Shown here: one piece after another, positions 12,481-22,894 of the stretch | Position numbering within the stretch: the first letter of the stretch is position 1 | Layout of the letters: each line of letters opens with the position of its first letter | NCBI RefSeq assembly: GCF_963921235.1 | Contig: NC_086101.1 | Span: 9,612,001 to 9,676,000 of the forward strand | From: Mobula hypostoma | Taxonomy: Eukaryota | Direction: 5' to 3' | DNA length: 64,000 nt | Notes under the pieces: generated by a model | The model's input: only the letters and a program-made list of their open reading frames with translations | Database searches by the model: none | Told to the model about the DNA's origin: nothing | Translations under genes and position numbers: made by a program

Positions 12481-13577
12481 GTCAACCCTAAGAGCCCAGG
12501 GTGCCCAAGTACACCCAATCACAATTTGCCAACCTTGGCTCATAGCCCTCTAAACCTTTCCTATTCATGGAGCTGTCCAAGTGGCTTTTAAATATTAATG
12601 TACTGTACCTGTCTCAACCACTTCCTCTGGCAGCTCATACCACATACTGGCCATACTCTGGGTGAAAAAGTTACCTCTCTTAAATCTATGTCCCCAAGTT
12701 GTGAATCCACCAACCCTGCAGAAATGTCAACCTCTCTATACTCCCCCTTGAAAACTCTGGAAGATTACCCCTCATTCCCCTGCTCTGCATTGAAATCAGT
12801 CTCAACCTCTCAATCTGTTTCTTCATCATTCACTTCCCCATGTCCCTACAAGGTTCAAGATTGTTTAATGTCATTTCCAGCACAGAGTGTAAAGGAGAAC
12901 AAGATAATTGTTATTCCGGCTCCCATGCAGCGCAAAAAAAGAAACACAATAGGATAAAGAACACAATAGTAATTTTAAAAGCACAATAAATATAAATACA
13001 TAAGACAGCTTAGGTACATAGATGTCCATAAAGTGACACCAGCTCAGGAGTGTCTGCACCCAAGGTGAGTGACAGTAAGTGATAAAGTAGTGGTGGGAGG
13101 GATGGGATGAGGAGGGGTGGTCAGTCTTACTGCCTGGGGAAAGTCACTGTTTTTGAGTCTGGTGGTCCTGGCGTGGATGCCATGTAGCTTCCTCCCTGAT
13201 GGGAGGGTGACAAGCAATCCGCGAGCAGGGTGGTGGGATCCTGGCCCTTTACCTGCACCTTTCGATATCTATGCCCTTGATGGTGGGCAGGCTGGTGCCA
13301 GGGATGCGCTGGGCAGTTTTGAATACCCATTGTAGAGCCTTCCTGTTCGAAGTGTTGTCTCCATAGCGAACAGCGATGTGGCTTGTTAGGATCCTACAAA
13401 ACCTCCTCTGCATGCTTACCAGCTTTGTAGTATATTTCTTATATTTGGGCAGCCAAAAAATGAACACATAACTCCAAATGTGGCTTCAACAATGTTTTAT
13501 TCAACTGCAACATAGCATCCCGAAGTCTCTCTATACTTAATGCCCTGTTTGATGAAGACTACCAGGCCAAACGCCTT

Positions 13578-13679
13578 GCAACACATACAAACTGCTGGAG
13601 GAACTCAGAAGGCCAGGCAGCCTCTATGGATAAGAGTAAACAGTCGACATTTCAGGCTGAGACCCCTTCTTCAGGAGTA
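13578..13679 (-). mobile_element. ~100-bp PLE hammerhead cassette with TSD
   Basis: Minus strand CTGAAGA-AGGGGTCTCAGCCT-GAAATGTC-GACTG plus PLE 3' sequence. TSD GCCAAACGCCTT (13566-77) and GCCAATAGCCTT (13680-91). Confidence 0.78.
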
Positions 13680-13833
13680 GCCAATAGCCTTCTTCACCAC
13701 CCTGCCTACCTGTGATGCCATCTGAAGTGAACCATGTACTACAACTCCTTGGTCCTTCTGTTTTACAACATTAGAACACTCCAGAAGTCCCTGCCATTCA
13801 CTATGAATATCACACACTGACGTGTCTTAAAAT

Positions 13834-13930
13834 GGCAGCGTGGTAGTCTAGCAGTTATTGTAATGCTTCACAGTGCCAACGATTACTAATCAGTGTTCAA
13901 TTCCCACTGCTGTCTGTAAAGAGTTGGTAC
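13834..13930 (+). mobile_element. tRNA-derived SINE head (old)
   Basis: Degenerate A box and B box GTTCAATTCC, followed by CTGCTGTCTGTAAAGAGTT as in other copies in the window. Confidence 0.6.
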
Positions 13931-14343
13931 AGATGGCTAACTCCTGCCTCTATTTCTTATGTTCCTATGTTCAAAAGCAGCAAAAATCCAGGTATCAGTG
14001 AGAACACCTGGCCTTTATATTGAGGAGTCCTGGTATAAATGAAGACGTGTTTTTTTTATATGTTAGAACATTAGAACATTTGAGAAAGCTTTTGACAAGA
14101 ACAGGATAGTCAGCCCAACAAAGCTCGCCGAATTCCTATCCACAAAGGTATGGGAGATGCAATAAAAATAATTGTTCTTTTACGATCACAACAATTTTTT
14201 TCTATTTAAGCTTCCCATGCTTGTATGTAAACTGATTTAGTTTATAATGGAATATAATTTTAAAGTAGTATTAGCCTGTTAAGTGCCACTTGAATGACCA
14301 CAAGACCATAAGATGTAGGAGCAGAATTAGGCCATTTGTGCCA

Positions 14344-15488
14344 TTAAAGCACGCGGTATTGGGGGTAAGGTATTGGTGTGGGTGGAGAATTGGTTAGCAG
14401 ACAGGAAGCAAAGAGTGGGAATAAACGGGACCTTTTCAGAATGGCAGGCAGTGACGAGTGGGGTACCGCAAGGCTCAGTGCTGGGACAACCAGTTGTTTA
14501 CAATATATATTAATGACTTAGACGAGGGAATTGAATGCAGCATCTCCAAATTTGCGGATGACACGAAGCTAGGTGGCAGTGTTAGCTGTGAGGAGGATGC
14601 TAAGAGGATGCAGGGTGACTTGGATAGGTTAAGGTGAGTGGGCAAATTCATGGCAGATGCAATTTATTGTGGATAAATGTGAGGTTATCCACTTTGGTGG
14701 CAAGAACAGGTAAGCAGATTATTATCTGAATGGAGGCCGATTAGGAAAAGGGGAGGTGCAACGAGACCTGGGTGTCATTGTACACCAGTCATTGAAAGTG
14801 GGCATGCAGGTACAGCAGGCAGTGAAAAAGGCAAATGGTATGCTGGCATTTATAGCGAGAGGATTCGAGTACAGGAGCAGGGAGGTACTACTGCAGTTGT
14901 ACAAGGCCTTGGTGAGAGCACACCTGGAGTATTGTGTGCAGTTTTGGTCCCCTAATCTGAGGAAAGACATCCTTGCCATAGAGGGAGTACAAAGAAGGTT
15001 CACCAGATTGATTCCTGGGATGGCAGGACTTTCATATGAAGAAAGACTGAATGAACTTGGCTTGTACTCGTTGGAATTTAGAAGATTGAGGGGGAATCTG
15101 ATTGAAACGTATAAAATCCTAAAGGGATTGGACAGGCTAGATGCAGGAAGATTGTTCCTGATGTTGGGGAAGTCCAGAATGAGGGGTCACAGTTTGAGGA
15201 TAGAGGGGAAGCCTTTTAGGACCGAGATTAGGAAAAACTTCTTCACACAGAGAGTGGTGAATCTGTGGAATTCTCTGCCACAGGAAACAGTTGAGGCCAG
15301 TTCATTGGCTATATTTAAGAGGGAGTTAGATATGACCCTTGTGGCTAAAGGGATCAGGGGGTATGGAGAGAAGGCAGGTACAGGGTTCTGAGTTGGATGA
15401 TCAGCCATGATCGTACTGAATGGTGGTGCAGGCTCGAAGGGCCGAATGGCCTACTCCTGCACCTATTTTTATGCTTCTACACCTCTAT
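14344..15488 (+). mobile_element. Young 5'-truncated CR1 (RT C-terminal half + 3' UTR)
   Basis: ORF 14756-15391 nearly identical to the copies at 18874 and 34314. Inserted in an older minus-strand CR1 (about 14296-15970). Confidence 0.93.
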
Positions 15489-16337
15489 GAGTCTGCTCTG
15501 CCATTTCATGATGGCTAATCCATTTTCCCTCTCAGCCTCAATCTCCTGCCTCCTCCCCGTATCACTTCATGCCCTGACCAATCAATCTGTACCTTAAATA
15601 TGCCCAGTGACTTGACCTCCACAGCTGCCTGTGGCAACAAATTCCACAGATTTTCCATCTCTGGCTAAAGAAATTCCTCCTCGCCTCCGCCCTAAAAGGA
15701 CACCGCTCTATTCTGAGGCTGTGTCCTCTGGTCTTAGACTCTCCCACCACAGGAAACATCCTCTCCACATCCACTCTATCAAGACCTTTCACCATCCGAT
15801 TGGTTTCAATGAAGGCACCCTTCACTCTTCTGAATTCCAGTGAGTAGAGACCCAGAGTCATCAAATGCTCCTCCTATGACAAGCCTTTGAATCGCGGAAT
15901 CATTTATCATTTTTTGTAAACCTTTGAACCCTCTCCGGTGTCAGCTCATTCTTGTTAAGATAAGGGGCCTAGAACACACACACACGCACACACACACACA
16001 CACATACTGTAAATGAGTTATGTAACGCACTACTTAATTATTTAAATTTATGGTAATGTTATGTCCGTGCACTGTGTTGCTGCTACAAAACACCAAATTT
16101 AATGCCAGCTAACTCATTGGTAATAAATCTGATTCTGATTTGTTTCTGGGATAAGTGGGGTGGAGATGTGTTGCTGCTGGAACACTGCACTATGTTTCCT
16201 CATACCATTGCCATACACCCTGATCGACCAGGCCATCAAGTAGCAAGGGGGCAACCGTTCAAAGCCAGTGTTCCCTCCATTCCCTGTGCACCACCCGATA
16301 GGAGATACTCTAGTGCAATATGTGGGTGAGCAGGGTT

Positions 16338-16440
16338 TGACTCAGGCAGCAGAGACCAAGAATGTCACGATGCCAACTAAGCAACGAGAAAGAAATTAAG
16401 AGAAACCAAGAGAAAGCGAAAATTCATATAAAAAAGGTTT
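16338..16440 (+). promoter_or_regulatory. Candidate interferon-responsive promoter (AP-1, ISRE/IRF-E, TATA)
   Basis: TGACTCA 16338-44, GAAAGCGAAA 16412-21 and TATAAAAA 16427-34 in non-repeat sequence. Motif evidence only. Confidence 0.3.
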
Positions 16441-16669
16441 TGAGACTGAAAAGAACAACAGTAACCCAGAAAGGCACAGGAAAAGTAGAAAGTCAACTCT
16501 TATTCTTTCGATCACAATTTCTACTCCGAGTGTACCATTTTCAGTCCAGGCCGCAGATTGAATATATATTGTACTCTGCTTCTTTCAATATTGTTGTTTT
16601 TGAACATGAGTGAGAGTTCACTCTGATTATAGAGATTAAAGATCAGCTTTATTTGCCATCTGTGCATAG

Positions 16670-17130
16670 AAACAGGCCAGGTGAGTGGGAAAGGTAAAGG
16701 GCTAGAGAGGATCTGGTAGGAGAGGAACGTGGACCATAAGAGAAAGGGAAGGAGGAGGGGCACAAAGGGGAGGTGATAGGCACATGAGAAGAAGTACCAA
16801 GGCAGAATGCGGAATAGAAGAAGAGAAGGGAACAGAATAGGGAAGGGTATTTTTTTTTTTACAGGAATGAGAAATCGACATTCATGTAATCATATGGGCT
16901 ACCCAGTCAGAATATAAGATACTGCTCCTCCAACCTGAGGATGGCTCCGTGGCACAAGAGGAGGCCATGGACTGACATATTGGAATGGGTATGGGAATGG
17001 GAATGTTTGGCCCCCGTTGAGTTCTGCTTTTGGTGGATGGAGCAGAGGTGCTCGACGAAGCAGTCCTCCAATTCACAACGGGTCTCACCAATGTAGAGGA
17101 GGCTACACCAGGAGCATTGGTTGCTGGATG
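16670..17130 (-). mobile_element. Old PLE fragment (GIY-YIG endonuclease remnant + 3' UTR)
   Basis: CSWCSLLYIGETRCELEDCFVEHL...LRLEEQYLIF matches the PLE ORF at 20199. Confidence 0.85.
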
Positions 17131-17730
17131 TTGTAAGCACTTAAAAGGCCTGGAATCATTTATTGGAAGAGAAGCAGAATGAATCTTTTGGATACAGATT
17201 ATAATTTATGTCTGTGATATTAATTTTCTCAAACTGAATGGAAAAGCGAGATTGGAAATGAGAATTTTGCATTCTTCACATTGTATTTTGTAAATGTGCA
17301 TTTTGATTCAGACCTTTTTTGAAAAACTGACACTGACCTTTGGCTGCTACCTGGAAGCCATGACATAAACAGACATTCAACACCTAAAGATGCATCTCAT
17401 TGATTTGATGTTCAGCTCTTTGCATGGAAGTGAACTTGGATAGAAAATTTGCACTCCACTCTCTCTTAATTATAAACAGTCAATTTCTATTTGATATTTC
17501 TAACTTTGGATGTTTTTGTTATTGTTAGTCTTTTGAGAGTGATCTAAAGTATTTCTCTTCTTTCTGAAACATTTTCTTCACAAATGCTATCTGACCTGCT
17601 GCATATGTTTAGGATTTTCTGTATTTATTTTCCATTTCCTTCTAATATTTTGCTTTTGCATTACTACTACTTGTTTTCTTGGAATACCGTTTTGGAGAGT
17701 TCTTTTCTCCAGGAATTCTGCTTTGGTTCA

Positions 17731-17782
17731 ATGTCCTTGTTAACCTCCATTGGCTTCTGTTACCTTTACTGTTTTGCACAAG
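17731..17782 (+). CDS. Candidate signal-peptide (leader) exon of an unidentified secreted or membrane protein: MSLLTSIGFCYLYCFAQ + 1 nt
   Basis: Acceptor TTCTTTTCTCCAG|G (exon from 17713), ATG at 17731, donor AAG|GTAATT. 52 coding nt, phase 1, hydrophobic. No downstream domain exon found. Confidence 0.35.
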
Positions 17783-18214
17783 GTAATTACTAAATGATTG
17801 GGTGGTGTCATTGGATGGAGATATGTTGCTACCAACACTCTCACATATTGATCTGTCTTTAGCAGTGGCCTAAACTACATCCCCTACAACCCTAAAGAAT
17901 TGTGAATCTCACATGATAAACCTTAACTTTTTTTTGGTCATCTCTTTGGCCAGGAGACTTCATCACAGACAGTGGGTCCTTTTTCTATTTTGGAATTCCC
18001 CATCCAATTGAATCCCTGCTGTAGGCCTATCACCCTTGAGATCTGAGAAAAGTCATCAGTCCGGAATATTACCTTTTCTTCTCTCTCCAGAGATGCAGTT
18101 TGACTGGTATTATCAGCATTTTCTGTTTTTTTTTCATTTTCTCTCCTTTTTCCTCTGAAAGATTTTTATTGGTTTCGCTGCTTGTGGGGAATGCACAAAT
18201 AAAGGTTACTGCAT

Positions 18215-18445
18215 CAAACAACCAGACTTGCTTTTCCACCTGTCACCTCCCAGCTTCTCGCTTCACCCCCCACCCCCCACCTGGATTCACCCATCACCTC
18301 TAAGCTTGTACTCCTTCCCCTCTCCCACCTTCTTACTCTGGCTTCATCCCACCCCCCTTCCCTTTCAGTCCTGATGAAAGGTCTCGGCTCAAAACTTTGA
18401 CTCTTTTTTACTTTCTATAGACACTGACTTTTTGTGCGTGTTGCT
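18215..18445 (+). mobile_element. Old PLE 3' fragment with decayed hammerhead
   Basis: AGTC-CTGATGA-AAGGTCTCGGCTC-AAAACTTTGACT at 18367-18402; GAAA core lost. Confidence 0.7.
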
Positions 18446-18873
18446 CACACTCTTTCCAATCCAGCCAATTTTCCCTGAATCATTTTTTGGCTATCTTTTT
18501 CATCCATTTGCCAGCTGTCTACTCAAGTCCTTCTATATTTCCTGTTCTTGCACTTCTTCTTCTTCCTCTTCATGTGCCTTGCGTGTTACACGCTTGGGCG
18601 ATCATGGCTTTCCACATCGAACGATCCCTCACAGCATCAATGATATCTCTCACACTTAGATCTGTTAGTTCTTTCACAGTGTCCATACATTTTCTTCTTT
18701 GCGTTCCTCTTCCGCGTTTCCCAGGCACACGGCCTTGTAATGTAAGGCATTCTATTTCTCCCTTTCTGATGACATGGCCCAGGAATTTAAGTTTCCTCTC
18801 ATTTAATGTTCTCATTAAAGATCTTTTTGTATGGGCACGTTGGAGTACTGTCTCATTAGTTACCCTATCTCTA

Positions 18874-20018
18874 TAAAGCACACGGTATTGGGGGTAAGGT
18901 ATTGGTGTGGGTGGAGAATTGGTTAGCAGACAGGAAGCAAAGAGTGGGAATAAACGGGACCTTTTCAGAATGGCAGGCGGTGACTAGTGGGGTACCGCAA
19001 GGCTCAGTGCTGGGACCCCAGTTGTTTACAATATATATTAATGACTTGGATGAGGGAATTAAATGCAGCATCTCCAAGTTTGCGGATGACACGAAGCTGG
19101 GTGGCAGTGTTAGCAGTGAGGAGGATGCTAAGAGGATGCAGGGTGACTTGGATAGGTTGGGTGAGTGGGCAAACTCTTGGCAGATGCAATTTAATGTGGA
19201 TAAATGTGAAGTTATCCACTTTGGTGGCAAAAATAGGAAAACAGATTATTATCTGAATGGTGGCCGATTAGGAAAAGGGGAGGTGCAACGAGACCTGGGT
19301 GTCATTATACACCAGTCATTGAAAGTGGGCATGCAGGTACAGCAGGCGGTGAAAAAGGCGAACGGTATGCTGGCATTTATAGCGAGAGGATTCGAGTACA
19401 GGAGCAGGGAGGTACTACTGCAGTTGTACAAGGCCTTGGCGAGACCACACCTGGAGTATTGTGTGCAGTTTTGGTCCCCTAATCTGAGGAAAGACATCTT
19501 TGCCATAGAGGGAGTACAAAGAAGGTTCACCAGATTGATTCCTGGGATGGCAGGTCTTTCATATGAAGAAAGACTGGATGAACTGGGCTTGTACTCGTTG
19601 GAATTTAGAAGATTGAGGGGGGATCTGATTGAAACGTATAAGATCCTAAAGGGATTGGACAGGCTAGATGCAGGAAGATTGTTCCCGATGTTGGGGAGGT
19701 CTAGAACGAGGGGTCACAGTTTGAGGATAGAGGGGAAGCCTTTTAGGACCGAGGTTAGGAAAAACTTCTTCACACAGAGAGTGGTGAATCTGTGGAATTC
19801 TCTGCCACAGCAAACTGTTGAGGCCAGTTCATTAGCTATGTTTAAAAGGAAGTTAGATATGGCCCTTGTGGCTACAGGGGTCAGGGGGTATGGAGGGAAG
19901 GCTGGGTTCTGAGTTGGATGATCAGCCATGATCATAATAAATGGCGGTGCAGGCTCGAAGGGCCGAATGGCCTACTCCTGCACCTATTTTCTATGTTTCT
20001 ATGTTTCTATGTTTCTAT
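18874..20018 (+). mobile_element. Young 5'-truncated CR1 with open 336-aa RT frame
   Basis: ORF 18902-19912 with [10 protein letters not shown] and SKFADD; (TTTCTATG)n tail. Confidence 0.95.
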
Positions 20019-20198
20019 GATATCTTCAGCATTCTTCTAAGAAACCACATTTCTGTTGCTTCTAAGTTTCTTTGCTGTTCTGGTGTTATAGTCCATGTTT
20101 CGGAAGCATGATGAGATTGACAAGATATAACATTTTAGTAGCCTAAGCCTTGTTGTCATAGAAATGTATCTGTTGGTAAAAATGGGTTTTATTTTTTG

Positions 20199-21030
20199 TA
20201 AGCGGAACAAGTGCTACATATGCCCTTACACTTCCTCCCTTACCACCATTCAGGGCCCCAAACAGTCCTTCCAGGTGAGGCATCACTTCACCTGTGAGTC
20301 GACTGGGGTGATATACTGCGTCCGGTGCTCCCGATGTGGCCTTTTATATATTGGTGAGACCCGACGCAGACTGGGAGACCGCTTTGCTGAACATCTACGC
20401 TCTGTCCGCCAGAGAAAGCAGGATCTCCCAGTGGCCACACATTTTAATTCCACATCCCATTCCCATTCTGACATGTCTATCCACGGCCTCCTCTACTGTA
20501 AAGATGAAGCCACACTCAGGTTGGAGGAACAACACCTTATATTCCGTCTGGGTAGCCTCCAACCTGATGGCATGAACATCGACGTCTCTAACTTCCGCTA
20601 AGGCCCCACCTCCCCCTCGTACCCCATCTGTTACTCATTTTTATGCACACATTCTTTCTCTCACTCTCCTTTTTCTCCCTCTGTCCCTCTGAATATACCT
20701 CTTGCCCATCCTCTGGGTCACCCCCCCCCCCTTGTCTTTCTTCCCGGACCTCCTGTCCCATGATCCTCTCGTATCCCCTTTTGCCTATCACCTGTCCAGC
20801 TCTCGGCTCCATCCCTCCCCCTCCTGTCTTCTCCTATCATTTTGCATCTCCCCCTCCCCCTCCAGCTTTCAAATCCCTTACTCACTCTTCCTTCAGTTAG
20901 TCCTGACGAAGGGTCTCGGCCGGAAACGTCGACTGAACCTCTTCCTATAGATGCTGCCTGGCCTGCTGCGTTCACCAGCAACTTTGATGTATGTTGCTTG
21001 GATTTCCAGCATCTGCAGAATTCCTGTTGT
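20199..21030 (+). mobile_element. Young 5'-truncated Penelope-like element (Neptune-type): GIY-YIG endonuclease C-terminus, 3' UTR, hammerhead, tail
   Basis: CKRNKCYIC linker, then VIYCVRCSRCGLLYIGET..R..EH..HF..E..GMN, stop at 20601. Perfect 12-bp TSD TTTTATTTTTTG (20187-98 and 21031-42). Confidence 0.93.
20899..20934 (+). ncRNA. Minimal hammerhead ribozyme motif
   Basis: AGTC-CTGACGA-A-GGGTCTCGGCCG-GAAACGTC^GACT. Core intact; one stem II mismatch (G20922). Confidence 0.75.
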
Positions 21031-21857
21031 TTTTATTTTTTGGAAGTTGGTTTTGGCAATGGCAATTCTTCTTTTTATTTCTACTTTACTTCCAGCATCT
21101 TGTGATAGAAAGCTACCAAGATAATTAAAGGTAATTAAAAATTATACAACAATCAGCAGAGGAGATAATCCCAGTACAAGAAATCCAACACACCAACAAG
21201 GGGTGGATAACCCAAGAAATTCTAGATCTGATGGAACAAAGAAGGTTAGTGAAGAATAATGAAGAGCAATATAGAGAGCTGGACAGACAGACCAGACAAC
21301 CGTATTGCTATAAACTAATTCATCTCACGTATATCAGTGGTAATATATCTGATTCTGATCTTCTCCCCTTTCCACATTTGCTGTCTGGTCTGCTAAGTTT
21401 TACCAGATTTTCTGTTTTTATTCCATGCCATGCTCTTCCTTTGGTTCAGCACAAGTATTTTCTACTGTTTTCATTGTTTCTTATCCATTGCTGTTCCTGT
21501 CCATACTGAACATCTAACAACCAGTCTGTGCTCTAACTGTACAAATAAGCTGACACTCTGGGAATCCCCATTAGTTGGTTGTCTCAACGCTTTCCCACTT
21601 CCTGTTTTCCAGGAGTTTTTCTGTTCCAAAGTGATTAATGCAATTACTCGTTTTCATGACCTGATTAAGTCATTCCTAGTGTGAGCGCAGCCCTACAATG
21701 GCAGCACTGAGTCACAGAATCACAGACACCGCTCCGGGATGGGACCCTCAGGATACACACGAGTAGAATGAGGGGAGAGCTGATACAGGTATAGTTCGAC
21801 ATGGAAATCAGCCTCCCCTCCATGGACTCTAACTACATTCCATGTTGCCTCTCTGTC

Positions 21858-22336
21858 AGAGAGGGTACGGAGGAGGTTTACGAGGATGAGCCCAGGAATG
21901 AGAAAGTTAATATCGGAGGAGCTTTTGATGGCGGCCCTGGGCCTGTACTCGCTGGAGTTTAGATGAACGAAGGGGAATCTCATTGAAACCTACAGAATAT
22001 TGTAAGGTCTAGATAGAGTGGACATGGAGAGGATGATTCCTGTAGTAGGTGAGTCGAGGATCAGAGGGCACAGTCTCAGAATAGAAGAATGTCCCTTTAG
22101 AACAGAGATGAAGAGAAATTTCTTTAGCCAGAAAGTAGTAAATCTGTGGAATTCGTTGTCAGGGAAGCCATGTCAGTGGTATATTTATAGGTTCTTGATT
22201 AGGAAGGGTGTCAAAGGTTATGGGGAGAAGGCAGGAGATTGGAGTTGAGGGGGCAAATAAATCAGCCATGATGGAATGGCAGATTAGACTCGAAGAACCA
22301 AATGGCCTAATTCTTTTCCTATGGTGTTATGGTCTT
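21858..22336 (+). mobile_element. CR1 3' fragment
   Basis: ESRIRGHSLRIE..KRNFFSQKVVNLWNSL; tail CCTATGGTGTTATGGTCTT. Confidence 0.85.
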
Positions 22337-22378
22337 AACATTAGCAACAACAACAACAACAAAGCAAGCTGTTTCCCA

Positions 22379-22394
22379 TACACACAGACACACA

Positions 22395-22430
<36 letters not shown>
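22379..22430. repeat. (CA)n microsatellite
   Basis: Direct reading. Confidence 0.9.
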
Positions 22431-22431
<1 letters not shown>

Positions 22432-22740
22432 TCAGAACTCCAACCCGAGTACAGGCTGCCTGCATTCCCCTCTGGACTCACCAACTCGCAGACCTCTGAC
22501 CTCCAGACGCTCTGACTTCTGAACTTGCTGATCCTGGGACGGTAAACTTGGCTTTGACTTTTGAGCTGAATGGCTTGGTTGAGGTTTGTTGGAGCTATAC
22601 TCACTCAGACAAGGGGAGAGTGCTACAATAATCTGTGGACATGAGGTCCATGGAGGGTGGAAATACTTAGGTGGTGAGTCACACATTGACCGTGGCACTT
22701 AAGCAACACACGCAGCTGAGATTCTGATCACTAATTAAAA

Positions 22741-22890
22741 CATGAACATAGAACATAGAACATAGAACATAGAACATGGAATGTAGAACATAGAACATAG
22801 AACAAGGATATAGAACATAGAATGTTACAGCTTAGTACAGGCCCTTTGGCCACAACGTTGTGCCGAACTTTTAATCTACTCTAAGATCAA
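22741..22890 (-). repeat. (AACATAG)n array, the expanded 3' tail of a minus-strand CR1 remnant
   Basis: About 11 imperfect 7-bp units, followed by the CR1 3' UTR reverse complement (GTACAGGCCCTTTGGCCACAACGTTGTGCCGAAC). Confidence 0.85.
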
Positions 22891-22894
22891 TCAG

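Larger units (their letters stand above)
18553..21290 (-). mobile_element. RTE-clade LINE split by CR1 and PLE insertions, with an inverted upstream piece
   Basis: Joined pieces read EIKRRIAIAKTNFQKIK..RLLKCYI..SETWT..EMWFLRRMLKISYRDRVTNE..LKFLGHVIRK..GKRGRG with a (GAA)n tail. Plus-strand piece KGWITQEILDLMEQRR at about 21105-21290. Confidence 0.85.

Noticed and set aside
18367..18402. Functional hammerhead (also about 51828 and about 56270)
   Set aside because: Essential core nucleotides (GAAA or CUGANGA) are mutated or deleted; counted only as relics.
20164..20601. 145-aa ORF as a standalone GIY-YIG nuclease gene
   Set aside because: The first 11 codons come from the antisense RTE and TSD; it is a truncated PLE ORF.
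22741..22825. Short repeat array as CRISPR-like or telomeric
   Set aside because: No spacers; it is a CR1 tail microsatellite contiguous with the CR1 3' UTR.
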